The notes: generated by a model from the letters alone, not told the origin. Shown: positions 39,959-50,621, counted from the stretch's first letter. The stretch is 64,000 bases of DNA from an uncultured Actinomycetes bacterium (GCA_963750045.1 CAVVPD010000009.1:172401-236400), one strand, 5' to 3'. Translations and numbers: made by a program.

Positions 39959-41281
39959 TCACCGGTCGGTGAGGGCGGCGCCGACCTCCTGACCGGTCAG
40001 CCACGGTCTCCCGGCGAGCTTGGAGGGCGCCCACCGGGCGACGGCCGCCGCGTCGCTCTGGCCGAGATCGTCGGGGGTCGGGCCGATGCGCTCGGCGATC
40101 GGGCGCAGGGTGTCGAGGTCGAAGCCGTAGAAGTCGACCTGGTTGAGTCCGAGGATCTGCGCGGTCTCGTCGATCGGGATGTCGCAGAACCGCTCCTTGA
40201 GGAAGGCGCGCGTGTAGGGCCAGGTGCCTTCGGGGTGCGGGAAGTCGTTCCCCCACATGATGTTGCCCACTCCGATCTCGTAACGCCGGCCCAGCTCGCG
40301 TCGCCGGGTGTTCGACGCGCCGATCTTGACGTTGCGGTCGAAGTACTCGCTCGGCAGCATGCTGAGAATGCCGCGCGTGTTCACCATCTTGCGCATGCCG
40401 TGCTCGCGGCTCGCCATCATGTCGGCGCGCCACAACAGGTCCGCGGCCCAGAAGCAGCCGGCCTCGGTGACTGCCATCTTGAGCTTCGGGAAACGCTCGA
40501 ACACCCCGGTGAGCAACATGAACCACAGCGGCCGCGCGGTGAAGAACACCGTCTCGTAGCCGTAGACGCTCATCCAGCCGCTGACCTCGCCGTAGTCGTC
40601 GCGGGGTGCCGGTCCGGAGTGGCAGTGCACGGGGAGGGAGAGCTCCTCACAAACTGCCCACACCGGGTCGTAGCGGTAGCTCGTGTACGAGTCGTGGCCG
40701 TCCCAGCGTGGCGGGATGATGATCCCGCCGGTGAGGCCGTCACCGTGGGCTCGGCGGATCTCCGCGATCGCGCCGTCGAGATCGTCGAGGATGGGCGCGA
40801 CGATGAGCCCGGCGCGCCGTTCGGGGCTCTCCTGGCACAGCTGGGCGGACCACCGGTTGAACGCGCGGGCGCCGGCGAGCAGGTGGCCGGGGCTACGGGT
40901 GGCCACGGGGTTGAACCCGGCGCCGAACGGCGCGCCCATGGTGCCCGTGACCGCGTCGGGCCCCGGGAAGACCACCTCGGCCGCCACGCCGTCGCGATCG
41001 AGCTCCCGGTCGCGGGTGGCGGCGTCCCAGCCGCCGCGCAGGCCGATCTCGTGGAGGCTGTTGCCCTCGTCGTCCTCGCCGAACCACTCCTCCTTGAACT
41101 CCGCGTCGCCGACGAAGTCACCCGCGGCCGCGGCTGCCGCGCGCTGGTCGTCGATGAGGGACTGCCGTTCGGCCAGCTCCTCGTCGAAGTCGTCGCGGAA
41201 CTGTGGGTCGAGGTACTCGCGATAGGCGGGCGAGCTCGGCCCGGCATGGCAATCGGCGGAAATGACGACGTAGTGCTTCAC
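39959..41281 (-). CDS. Amidohydrolase family 2 protein
   Basis: ISADCHAG, DGVAAEVVFP, HCHSG, GVFERFPKLKMAVTE, MWGNDFPHPEGTWP. Confidence 0.9.
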   Translation of the reverse strand: MKHYVVISADCHAGPSSPAYREYLDPQFRDDFDEELAERQSLIDDQRAAAAAAGDFVGDAEFKEEWFGEDDEGNSLHEIGLRGGWDAATRDRELDRDGVAAEVVFPGPDAVTGTMGAPFGAGFNPVATRSPGHLLAGARAFNRWSAQLCQESPERRAGLIVAPILDDLDGAIAEIRRAHGDGLTGGIIIPPRWDGHDSYTSYRYDPVWAVCEELSLPVHCHSGPAPRDDYGEVSGWMSVYGYETVFFTARPLWFMLLTGVFERFPKLKMAVTEAGCFWAADLLWRADMMASREHGMRKMVNTRGILSMLPSEYFDRNVKIGASNTRRRELGRRYEIGVGNIMWGNDFPHPEGTWPYTRAFLKERFCDIPIDETAQILGLNQVDFYGFDLDTLRPIAERIGPTPDDLGQSDAAAVARWAPSKLAGRPWLTGQEVGAALTDR

Positions 41282-41373
41282 CGCGAGACCCCCCGAGCGT
41301 TCCGGCCGGAGTGCCGAGCTTGCCACAACCCCGAGGAGATGTCAGCCGGGCCGCGACGTCACGTCACGGTCGT

Positions 41374-42576
41374 TCAGACGTTCGCCGGAGCGTGCTCCCG
41401 GAACGCGAGGCTCGCGGCGCCGTCGGGGACGGCGTCGAGGCCGTTCGTCACCTCGGCGACGGTCGGACCGACCCGCGCCGCCAGCGTGTCGAGGAATTCG
41501 AGGTCGAACCCGTACAGCGCGGCCGCGTTGCCTCCGAGCATCGCGCTCACCTCGTCTTCGGGTACGCCAGCGAACGTCATCCGGATCGCTTCGTGCGAGA
41601 ACGGCGTCGTTCCCTCGAGGTGGGGGTAGTCGCTCCCCCACATGATGTGGTCGACCCCGATGCGGTCCCGGCGTTCGCAGTCCTCGCGGTGCAAGAAGCT
41701 CGCGGCGGCCAAGCAGTTGGTCTGCCAGTACTCGCTCGGCATCCGCTCGAGCAGCTGGGGTCGGAGGAAGCGCAGTTCGCCGATGTTGCCCTGCGCGATC
41801 TGCGCGTAGAACCCGTCCATGACGTCGAGCGCGTCACGGATCCACGCGGTGCCCTGCTCGGCGACGACCAGTCGCAGTTCCGGGAACCGGTCGAAGACCC
41901 CCGACATGATGAGCGTCCACAGTGGGCGGTGCGAGAACCAGGCCGTCTCCATCAACCACAGCGAGAGTGACGCCGGATGGTCGCCGTAGTCGGGCGATGC
42001 GCTCCCGCCGTGCGCGTTCACCACGACGTCGCGCTCGGCGCAGGCCCGCCACACCGGATCGTAGACGTGCGCGTGCAGCGGCGGCACGGGTGCGCCGGGA
42101 GGGACCCCGGGGAGCAGCACACCACCGCGGAGCTCGTGGTCGGCGATCCAGTGGACGTCGCGTACCGCCTCGTCCACGTCGTTCAACAGGATCTGTCCGA
42201 CACCGGCGCGGCGCCCGGGGAGCTCGGCGCACCACGCGGCCAACCAACGATTGTGGGCGCGCAAGCCCGCGAGGCGCAGCTCGAACTCTTCGGCCGAGGG
42301 CGCGAGCGCCGTGAGCCCACCGCGGGGGAAGAACGGCGGGATCGTGTTCGGGTACACGATCTCCGCGACGACGCCGTCGGCCTCCAAGTCGCGCACACGC
42401 CGCGAGCTGTCCCAGTTCCGGTCCGCGTCGGCTCGCCCGAGATCGCCGAACGGGCTCACGTAGCTGTCGGCCCAGTCATCGAACGGGTCGTGGTAGCGCG
42501 ACTCCAGAAATTGGCGGTAGTCGCGCAGGTCGGCGCCGGCATGACAGTCGGCCGAGATGACGGTGTATCGGTCCAC
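41374..42576 (-). CDS. Amidohydrolase family 2 protein
   Basis: ISADCHAG, DGVVAEIVYPN, NAHGG, GVFDRFPELR, MWGSDYPHLEGT; SD CAGGAGG. Confidence 0.9.
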   Translation of the reverse strand: MDRYTVISADCHAGADLRDYRQFLESRYHDPFDDWADSYVSPFGDLGRADADRNWDSSRRVRDLEADGVVAEIVYPNTIPPFFPRGGLTALAPSAEEFELRLAGLRAHNRWLAAWCAELPGRRAGVGQILLNDVDEAVRDVHWIADHELRGGVLLPGVPPGAPVPPLHAHVYDPVWRACAERDVVVNAHGGSASPDYGDHPASLSLWLMETAWFSHRPLWTLIMSGVFDRFPELRLVVAEQGTAWIRDALDVMDGFYAQIAQGNIGELRFLRPQLLERMPSEYWQTNCLAAASFLHREDCERRDRIGVDHIMWGSDYPHLEGTTPFSHEAIRMTFAGVPEDEVSAMLGGNAAALYGFDLEFLDTLAARVGPTVAEVTNGLDAVPDGAASLAFREHAPANV

Positions 42577-42653
42577 GGCGAATCGCACCTCCTGGGTGAC
42601 GGCGTCCAATGGGCTCGTTGCGGTGCCGGCGACCCCCTGGTTACGGTACCTCC

Positions 42654-43568
42654 GTGCAGGATCTCGAGGGGAAGGTCGCGGTCGTCACCGGCGGCGGGGG
42701 TGGTATCGGGCGGGCGCTCGGCGAGCGGTTGCTTGCCGAAGGCATGCGGGTCGTGCTCGCGGACATCGACGAATCGCTCGTCCGGGCGACGGTCGACGAG
42801 CTGGCGGGTCGGTCCGGCGGCGACGTCATCGGTGTGCCGACCGACGTGTCGCTGCTCGAGTCGGTGGAGGCATTGCGCGACGCGACGCTCGACGCGTTCG
42901 GCGCGGTGCACCTCGTCTGCAACAACGCCGGCATCCCGTCGGGTTCGGACGGTGCGCTGTGGGAGCATCACGTCAACGATTGGCGTTGGGCCATCGACGT
43001 CAACGTGTTCGGGGTGATCCACGGGATCAACACCTTCGTGCCGGTGCTGCTCGAGCAGGGCGAGCCCGGCCACGTCGTCAACACGTCGTCGTCGAACGGC
43101 ACGTTCGCCCCGCTCTCGAACAGCGCGGTGTACGCGACCACGAAGGCCGCGGTCACCACCATCAGCGAGTGCCTCTGGGGTCAACTCCGCGGGATCGACG
43201 CCCCGGTGCAGGCCTCCGTGCTCCTCCCGTCGACGAGGACTCCGGGAGCGCTCAACACCGGGATCTGGCGGCCCGGCCGCAACCGTCCCGATCGGTACGC
43301 TCGGCCGGGCCAGGCGCCACGCGAGGGGCGGGACGCGCTCTCGCCCTTCCTGCAGCAGCTCGAGCAACATGGCCAGGAGCTCGTGTTCGCCCCGCTCGAG
43401 GAGGTGGCCGACGTCGCGCTCGACGGGATCCTGCACGACCGGTTCTGGATCTATCTCCCCGGTGAGAAGTCGACCCAGACGGTGAACGCCCGGGCCGCTT
43501 CCATGCGCGATGCCAGCCCACCCGACTACCTGGTCGCGCCGTCACCCTGGAACGTTCCGAAGACCTAG
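42654..43568 (+). CDS. SDR family oxidoreductase
   Basis: TGGGGGIG, CNNAGI, YATTK; TACGGT 6 nt before the GTG. Confidence 0.9.
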   Translation: MQDLEGKVAVVTGGGGGIGRALGERLLAEGMRVVLADIDESLVRATVDELAGRSGGDVIGVPTDVSLLESVEALRDATLDAFGAVHLVCNNAGIPSGSDGALWEHHVNDWRWAIDVNVFGVIHGINTFVPVLLEQGEPGHVVNTSSSNGTFAPLSNSAVYATTKAAVTTISECLWGQLRGIDAPVQASVLLPSTRTPGALNTGIWRPGRNRPDRYARPGQAPREGRDALSPFLQQLEQHGQELVFAPLEEVADVALDGILHDRFWIYLPGEKSTQTVNARAASMRDASPPDYLVAPSPWNVPKT

Positions 43569-43600
43569 CGACACGCATGGGACGAGCGGAGCGGGCGAGC

Positions 43601-45179
43601 ATGAGCATCGGGGACGAGGTGCCGTCGATCCCGGCGCTGGCCCAATGGGCCGCGACCCGGTTCGGCGCTGCGGAGGCGGTGGTCGACGGCGAGACGCGGC
43701 TCACGTTCCACGAACTCGCCGAGCAGGCGCTCCTGGCGACGTGCGCGACCATGGGGGCCGGAATCCAACGCGGCGACCGCGGTCGCGATCTGGGCCCCGA
43801 ACCGCTGGGAGTGGATCGTCGCAGCCCTGGGGGTGCTGGGCGCAGGTGGGTGGCTGGTCCCGGTGAACACCCGCTTCAAGGGTGGCGAGGCCGCGTACGT
43901 CCTCGCCAAGGCCGATGCGGCCGCGCTCTTCACCGTCGACGGCTTTCTCGGCGCCGACTACGTGGGCATGCTGCGTGACTGCGCGCCCGATCTGCGGTGC
44001 CTCGACCGCGTCGTCGTCTTCGACGCGCCTGCACGCGCGGGGACCGACACGTTCGCCGACTTCCTGGTTTCGTCCGATGCCGTGACCGAGGACGAAGCCC
44101 GCGTGTGCATCGACGCGGTCACGTCCGGAGACGTGGCCGACGTGATCTTCACATCGGGCACCACCGGACACCCGAAGGGCGTGATGCTGGAGCACGGCGC
44201 GTCGCTCCACGCGTTCGACCTGTGGTCGGAGCGGTTCGGGTTGCGCGAGGCCGACCGCTATCTCATCGTGAACCCGTTCTTCCACTGCTTTGGGTACAAG
44301 GCCGGGTGGTTGGCGTGCCTGATGAAGGGCGCGACCGCACTGCCGCTCGCGGTGCTCGACGTGGATCGGCTGCTCCATCTCGTCGAGCAGGAGCGCATCT
44401 CCGCGTTGCCGGGCCCGCCCACGCTCTTCACCTCGCTACTCGACCACCGCGACGCGGGCGACCTCTCGTCCTTGCGGATCGGTTTCGTCGGCGCGTCGAC
44501 GGTGCGGCCGGAGCTGCTGCGCCGGCTGCGGAGCGAGCTGCCGTTCGAGGCGCTCACGACGGGATACGGCCTCACGGAGTCGACCGCGATGGTGTCGATC
44601 ACGCGTCCCGACGACGATCCCGAACGGATCGCGTTCTGGAACGGGGGCTATCCCTTGCCCGGCATCGAGGTGGCGATCGTCGCCGACGACGGACGCCGGT
44701 TGCCTCCTGAGGAGACCGGCGAGATCCTCGTGCGCGGCTTCCCGGTGATGCGCGGGTACTTCGACGATCCGGCCGCGACGGCTGCGGCCGTCGACTCCGA
44801 CGGGTGGCTCCGCACCGGAGACATCGGCGCGTCCAGCGCCCTCGGGGAGCTGCGCATCTCCGATCGGAAGAAGGACATCTTCATCTCCGGGGGGTTCAAC
44901 GTCTCGCCGGCGGAAGTGGAGAACCTCTTGCTCGGATTCGAGGCGATCTCGGAGGTCGCGGTGGTCGGGATGCCCGACGACCGCATGGGGGAGGTCGGGG
45001 CGGCGTTCGTGGTCCGCCGCCCGGGGACGGACGTCACCGGCGACGACGTGATCGCCTGGGCCCGGGTTCACCTGGCCAACTACAAGGTCCCCCGCCGGGT
45101 CGAGCTGGTCGACGTCCTCCCCCTGAACGCCAGCGGCAAGGTGCTCAAGAACCTGCTGCGGGACCGGCTCGCCGGGTAG
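43601..45179 (+). CDS. Acyl-CoA synthetase (FadD3-like); frameshift at about 43780
   Basis: FTSGTTGHPKG, NPFFHCFGYKAG, GYGLTE, WLRTGD, DRKKD..ISGGFNVSPAEVE, LANYKVPR, NASGK. Confidence 0.9.
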
Positions 45180-45277
45180 GCCGACCCGGCGGGGAAAGCG
45201 CCCGTCAAGGTCGCTCGGCCAGGTGCCGACATTGTCTCCCGAGGGTCGGCGCGACCCGTCGGGAGCAGTGGAACGAG

Positions 45278-46594
45278 ATGGCGGAGCAACCGGAGGAGCA
45301 CTACACCGCGGCCGACTTGGCCGAAGCGCGCGTCGCGCTGCGTCGGGGGGTCCACGGGCTCCTGGTCACCCTGCTCGGCATCGTGACGGTGACCGGTCTG
45401 GCCGCCGGTGCGATCACGGCGGCGCTGTGGGGCGAACTGAGCGTCGCCGGCGCGTCGGTCGCCGTGGCTGCGGCGTCGTTGGCCGTCGGGGGCCCGCTCG
45501 TGTTCGTGCTGCGGGAGGTCACGCAGCGACGTGGGCTCACCATCGCGCTCGAGGGCGCGGTCCAGAGTCGCGTGATGGAGGGTGAGGCGCGCCGACGGGA
45601 GTTCGAAGCGCGCCTCGGCCGTGCGCTCGAGATGGCGGGGGACGAGGTCGCGGCGTACGACACCGTGCGGCGCGCGCTGCAACTCGCGGTCCCCGAGACG
45701 CGGGTCGACGTGCTCCTGGCCGACAACAGCCACGCGCACCTGGAACGGGTCTTGTCCGTGGCGCCCGAGGGCGGTCTCTGCAATGTCGGCTGTGCAGTGA
45801 CCTCGCCCGACGAATGCGTCGCGGCACGCCGTGCACAGACTCAGGTGTTCCCGGGCAGTGAGGAGCTCGACGGTTGCCCGCAACTGCGCGATCGCGGGAG
45901 TGACCTGTTCTCGGCTGTCTGCGTTCCCGTCTCGATCATGGGCCGCACCGTCGGCGTCGTCCACGCCGTCCGTCCGGTCGACGATCCGCTCGACGACGAG
46001 AGCATCGACGAGCTCCAGGTGCTCGCCAACCAGTCGGGGAATCGGCTGGGCATGTTGCGCATCATGGCGGAGACGCAGTTGCAGGCGTCGACCGACGGAT
46101 TGACCGGTCTCATGAACCGACGCAGCCTCGAGAATCGCGCTCGCGTCCTGCGCGCCACCGGCGCGGAGTTTGCGCTGGTGATGGCCGATCTCGATCACTT
46201 CAAGAGCCTGAACGACACGCACGGCCACGAGACCGGCGATCGCGCGCTGCGCGTGTTCGCCGAGGTGCTGCGAGAGGGCATTCGAGCCCAGGACTACGCG
46301 TGCCGCTACGGAGGCGAAGAGTTCGTCGCGCTGCTCCCCGGCGCCGAGGTCCACGAGGCGATCGAGGTCATGGAGCGCGTGCGCGAGGCACTTGCCCGCA
46401 CGACCCGTCGCGGTGACGTGCCGACGTTCACCGCCAGCTTCGGCATCGCCCACACGGGTGAGGCCACCGACTTCGAGGACCTGCTGCTCCGGGCCGACCG
46501 GGCCTTGTTCGCAGCGAAGGACGCCGGCCGAGACTGCATCTGCATCGACGGTCACGCGATGGCCGTCGCACCGAACCTCACCGCTATCGGCTGA
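45278..46594 (+). CDS. Membrane-anchored GAF-GGDEF diguanylate cyclase
   Basis: Two TMs, Cys-containing GAF-like region, DLDHFKSLND, I-site RAQD, RYGGEEF. Confidence 0.9.
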   Translation: MAEQPEEHYTAADLAEARVALRRGVHGLLVTLLGIVTVTGLAAGAITAALWGELSVAGASVAVAAASLAVGGPLVFVLREVTQRRGLTIALEGAVQSRVMEGEARRREFEARLGRALEMAGDEVAAYDTVRRALQLAVPETRVDVLLADNSHAHLERVLSVAPEGGLCNVGCAVTSPDECVAARRAQTQVFPGSEELDGCPQLRDRGSDLFSAVCVPVSIMGRTVGVVHAVRPVDDPLDDESIDELQVLANQSGNRLGMLRIMAETQLQASTDGLTGLMNRRSLENRARVLRATGAEFALVMADLDHFKSLNDTHGHETGDRALRVFAEVLREGIRAQDYACRYGGEEFVALLPGAEVHEAIEVMERVREALARTTRRGDVPTFTASFGIAHTGEATDFEDLLLRADRALFAAKDAGRDCICIDGHAMAVAPNLTAIG

Positions 46595-46694
46595 CCGTCC
46601 GCATGCCGGCGCGGGGACGCGACACGAAGCGCGAATTGGCGAGCGCGCTGCGGTAGCTTTCCCGCTCCGCACCGGTCTCCGGAGGTCAGTCATC

Positions 46695-47708
46695 GTGAAG
46701 GTCGTCGCCCGTCGCCTGCGCGTGTTGGTCGTGTTGCCGCTCGCCCTCGGTGCGATCCTCGCCGCAGGTGTGCCCGCCCGGGCGGCGACGCCTCGCGCGA
46801 TCGCGGCACCCGGTGAGGTCTCGCTCACCGCCGGCGTCAACGACCCGAAGGACCCGAACATCGCGGTCCTCGAGTACCTCCCCGGATCGATCAAGGTGGC
46901 CAAGGGCACCGACGTCACGTGGAAATTCGCGGGTCCGGAGCCGCACTCGGTCACCTTCGTCCCTCCGGGCACGAAGACGCCGCCGAGCACCGAGGCGGAC
47001 CCGAGCCTGATGTTCCCGACGCCACCGACCGGGGCCTACGACGGCACCACGCTCGTGAACAGCGGAGTGCTCCCGCTCGGCGCGGCCACCAAGGTCGAGA
47101 AGTTCACGATGTCGTTCGCCAAGACCGGGACGTACACCTACTACTGCGTCCTGCACCCCGGCATGGTCGGCAAGGTCCAGGTGACCGACGACACCCAGGA
47201 CTCGCAGTCCTCGATCACCAGCACCGGCAAGTCGCAGCTGAAGAAGTACCTGGCCGAGGGCGAGGCGGCCGAGAAGAAGCTGGTCAAGGCGGCTCCGAAG
47301 AAGACCGAGAACTCCGACGGCTCGACGACCTACACGGTCGAGATGGGCGCCAGCACGGAGCACACCGACGTCCTCGCGTTCTCGCCCGGGGTGCGCAAGG
47401 TGAAGGCGGGCGACCACGTGACCTTCGTCAACAACTCGAGCGCTCCGCACACGGCCAGCTTCGGAGGGACGTTGGTGCCGACCATCCCGACGGCCGACGA
47501 CGTGGTGAACCCGGTCCCCGGCGCGTCGCCCCAGACGATCGTGCCCGCCACCTACGTCAACAGTGGGTGGGTGCCACCCAAGACCAAGGGGGGGCCGCCG
47601 CTCGCGGCCCGGAGCTTCACCTTCGACGTGCCCGACGCCGGGAAGTTCGAGTATGCCTGCGTGCTGCACCTCCCCAGCGGCATGGCCGGAGAGATCGACG
47701 CCACCTGA
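46695..47708 (+). CDS. Secreted protein with two cupredoxin domains
   Basis: Signal peptide; type-1 Cu ligand sets PHSVT...YYCVLHPGM and PHTAS...YACVLHLPSGM. Confidence 0.85.
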   Translation: MKVVARRLRVLVVLPLALGAILAAGVPARAATPRAIAAPGEVSLTAGVNDPKDPNIAVLEYLPGSIKVAKGTDVTWKFAGPEPHSVTFVPPGTKTPPSTEADPSLMFPTPPTGAYDGTTLVNSGVLPLGAATKVEKFTMSFAKTGTYTYYCVLHPGMVGKVQVTDDTQDSQSSITSTGKSQLKKYLAEGEAAEKKLVKAAPKKTENSDGSTTYTVEMGASTEHTDVLAFSPGVRKVKAGDHVTFVNNSSAPHTASFGGTLVPTIPTADDVVNPVPGASPQTIVPATYVNSGWVPPKTKGGPPLAARSFTFDVPDAGKFEYACVLHLPSGMAGEIDAT

Positions 47709-47775
47709 CGACGTGAGCCCCGGCACGCTGCGGCGATTTGGGGCAGACTGCGGACCGGTTCAAGGAGGAGTGGTC

Positions 47776-48198
47776 ATGGATCGCCAAGAACGGATCGACG
47801 AGCAGCTCGCGCGAGTCCCGCTGTTCTCCGGCCTCTCGAAGAAGGAGCTCCGGCTGATCTCGCAGCTGGCCACCTATCTCGAAGAGCCGGCGGGCACCGT
47901 CCTCACCCAAGAGGGCAAGTCGGGTCACGAGTTCATCATCGTCCTCAGCGGCGAGATCGAGGTCCGCCAGGGGGACCGCGTCGTGGCCGAGCGGGGTCCT
48001 GGTTCGTACATCGGCGAGATCGCCCTGCTCGACCACCGGCCGCGCACCGCGACCGTGGTGGCCAAGACGCCGGTTTCCATCGAGGTCATCGGCCAGCGCG
48101 AGTTCGCAGGCCTGCTCGCCGAGGTGCCCGAGCTCTCCCAGCAGCTGCTGGCGACGGTCGCGCGGCGCCTGTCGGACCTCGACGGGACCAACAGCTAG
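47776..48198 (+). CDS. Stand-alone cyclic-nucleotide-binding domain protein
   Basis: LARVPLFSGL, GEIALLDHRPRTATV; no HTH; SD AAGGAGGAG. Confidence 0.9.
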   Translation: MDRQERIDEQLARVPLFSGLSKKELRLISQLATYLEEPAGTVLTQEGKSGHEFIIVLSGEIEVRQGDRVVAERGPGSYIGEIALLDHRPRTATVVAKTPVSIEVIGQREFAGLLAEVPELSQQLLATVARRLSDLDGTNS

Positions 48199-48273
48199 CC
48201 CGACGCCGGAGTTCGACTCCGCGCTCGGGGGCGCCTTGAGCGGTTCGGGCGCCGGGGTGGGTACGCTGACGCC

Positions 48274-48879
48274 ATGGCCGATCAGGCTCGGTTCGCCGAG
48301 CTCGCGATGCCCTACATGTCAGCGCTGTACTCGGCGGCGTTGCGGATGACCCGCAACCCGTCGGATGCCGAGGACCTCGTGCAGGAGACGTATCTGCGCG
48401 CCTATCGCGGGTTCGGTGGCTTCAAGGACGGTACGAACCTCAAGGCGTGGCTCTACAAGATCCTCACGAACACCTTCATCAACTCGTACCGGGCCAAGAA
48501 GCGGCGACCCGACGAGGTGGATCTCGACGACACCGAGGACTTCTTCCTCTTTCGGCGCCTGGGTGGGCTCGAAGCCGCCGAGGCGGGCCGCACGCCCGAG
48601 ACCGAGGTGCTCGACAGCATCCCCGACGAGCTGGTGAAGGAGGCGCTCGAGGCCCTGCCCGAGCAGTTCCGGATGGCGGTCCTGCTCGCCGACGTCGAGG
48701 GATTCTCCTACAAGGAGATCGCCGAGATCACGGACGTGCCCATCGGAACGGTCATGAGCCGGCTGCACCGCGGAAGAAAGCAGCTCCAGGAGCGGTTATG
48801 GGACTTCGGTCGCGAACGCGGCTTGATCCCGAAGGCGCCCGAACCGGCGCCAGAAGCCGCCGGTCACGCGGGGGGGTAG
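48274..48879 (+). CDS. sigH: ECF sigma factor (SigH/SigR-like)
   Basis: [52 protein letters not shown]...[12 protein letters not shown]. Confidence 0.9.
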   Translation: MADQARFAELAMPYMSALYSAALRMTRNPSDAEDLVQETYLRAYRGFGGFKDGTNLKAWLYKILTNTFINSYRAKKRRPDEVDLDDTEDFFLFRRLGGLEAAEAGRTPETEVLDSIPDELVKEALEALPEQFRMAVLLADVEGFSYKEIAEITDVPIGTVMSRLHRGRKQLQERLWDFGRERGLIPKAPEPAPEAAGHAGG

Positions 48880-48888
48880 AGCAGCACC

Positions 48889-49137
48889 ATGGACTGCGAC
48901 AAGGCGATCTACCGCATCTACGGCTACCTCGACGGCGAGTTGACCGTCTGGCGGCGGTGGACGATCCGGCGTCACCTCGACCGGTGTCCGCCGTGCGCGC
49001 AGGGCTTCGACTTCGAGGTTGAGCTGCGTCAGGTGATCTCTTCGAAGTGCCGCGACGAGGTCCCCTCTGAGCTCAAGCAGCGAATCGCCGAAGCGATCAG
49101 CGCTCCGCCCCCGCCCGACGACAGGCCCTCCCGCTAG
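48889..49137 (+). CDS. rshA: ZAS anti-sigma factor (RshA/RsrA-like)
   Basis: N-terminal Cys, YLDGEL, HLDRCPPC (HxxxCxxC); directly after the sigma gene. Confidence 0.88.
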   Translation: MDCDKAIYRIYGYLDGELTVWRRWTIRRHLDRCPPCAQGFDFEVELRQVISSKCRDEVPSELKQRIAEAISAPPPPDDRPSR

Positions 49138-49237
49138 CTCCGGTCGACGACCAGGGTCTGGTGCCTACCTGCCGCGAAGCAGGGTGCACCTCCGGCGCGA
49201 ACTACTGTCGGGTCGTCCCGATCCGGAGGAACTGCTC

Positions 49238-49474
49238 GTGAAATCGGTCCGTGCCCGCTTCGTGTACGTCGTGACCCTGTCGCTGGTGGCGCTGGCGACC
49301 CTCGCTTCGCCGGCGGGTGCGGCGACGCCGGTGCTCGGGAGCGAGAAGTTCAAGTGGTTCTACTGGATCGGCTTCGTCCTCGCCGCGAGCCTCGCGCTCT
49401 GGCTCCTTGCCACTGCGGTCGGCTACTACGTGCGGGTCGTCCGTCCCAAGCACCGGGGTCGCCCGTCCTCATGA
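49238..49474 (+). CDS. Small membrane protein of unknown function
   Basis: SD GGAGGA; signal-like segment, one TM, basic tail YYVRVVRPKHRGR. Confidence 0.7.
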   Translation: MKSVRARFVYVVTLSLVALATLASPAGAATPVLGSEKFKWFYWIGFVLAASLALWLLATAVGYYVRVVRPKHRGRPSS

Positions 49475-49520
49475 GGTCGAGCCCGGCACGCGGGAACCAG
49501 GCGTCCGGCGGGCACCGCCG

Positions 49521-50621
49521 GTGACGCACGTTCCTGCGGCCGCCGTGGTGGAGACCCCTCCGGCGGAACGGGTCCGCGACCCGATCGACTGGGCCCTCGC
49601 CGAGCGCGTCGCCCGCCGGTTCGCGGGCCGCGAGCCGCTCGCCGCCTCGTACCTCGCCGGTTCCCTGCGCGCCGACTTCGACGCGGTGACCACCGAGGCC
49701 GAAGCGCTGGTCGCCGAGCACACCGGTCTCCGTGCCCCCGGCGCGGCACGGGCGCAGGTCGTCGATCGTTCGTCGTGGGTCGAGGCGAACATCTCCTCGA
49801 TGCGCCGGCTCCTGGAGCCGCTCACCGCGCGTGTCGGCGAGCGGATGGCGAGCAGCCGTGTGGCGCCCATCGGTCGTCGTGTCGCGGGAACCGAGACCGG
49901 CGTGCTGCTCGGGTACCTCGCCCAGCGCGTGCTCGGCCAGTACGACCTGCTGGTGCTCGACGACGACGCGTCGGCCGATGCCGTCTACTACGTCGGCGGC
50001 AACATCCTCGCGTTGGAGAAGCGCTTCGCGTTCCGGCCACGCGATTTCCGTCTCTGGATCGCCATCCACGAGGTGACCCACCGCGCCCAGTTCACCGGCG
50101 TGCGGTGGATGAAGCCGTACTACCTCTCCTTGGTGGAGAGCGCGCTCCAATCCATCGATCCCGACCCCAAGCGTCTCGTGCAAGCGCTGGCACGCGCTGC
50201 CGACGAGTTCCGCAACGGCCGGAACCCCCTCGACGACGGTGGGCTCGTGGCCCTGCTCGCGAGCGACGAGCAGCGCGGCGCGCTGGCCAACGTGCAGGCC
50301 CTGATGTCGCTGCTCGAGGGTCACGGCAACAGTGTGATGAATCGACTCGGGCGTGACCACGTCGGTGGTCAGGCGCGCATGGCGCGCGTGCTCCAGCAAC
50401 GCCGCCAGAGCGTCGGGATGTCGGCGTTCCTGCAGAAGCTCGTGGGACTGGAATCGAAGATGCGTCAATACGAGGTGGGTGAGGCCTTCGTCGCCGCGGT
50501 CGAGCGCGAAGCGGGACCACGCGGTATCGACGCGGCATGGCGGGGGCCGGAGTTCCTGCCGATGATCGACGAGTTGAGCCGTCCGCGCGATTGGTTGACG
50601 CGGGTCGACGGCGTCGCGTGA
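49521..50621 (+). CDS. Zinc-dependent metalloprotease (Zincin_2, Rv3626c-like)
   Basis: VLGQYD, LWIAIHEVTHRAQF, MSLLEGH, KMRQYEVGEAF; position before tilS. Confidence 0.88.
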   Translation: MTHVPAAAVVETPPAERVRDPIDWALAERVARRFAGREPLAASYLAGSLRADFDAVTTEAEALVAEHTGLRAPGAARAQVVDRSSWVEANISSMRRLLEPLTARVGERMASSRVAPIGRRVAGTETGVLLGYLAQRVLGQYDLLVLDDDASADAVYYVGGNILALEKRFAFRPRDFRLWIAIHEVTHRAQFTGVRWMKPYYLSLVESALQSIDPDPKRLVQALARAADEFRNGRNPLDDGGLVALLASDEQRGALANVQALMSLLEGHGNSVMNRLGRDHVGGQARMARVLQQRRQSVGMSAFLQKLVGLESKMRQYEVGEAFVAAVEREAGPRGIDAAWRGPEFLPMIDELSRPRDWLTRVDGVA

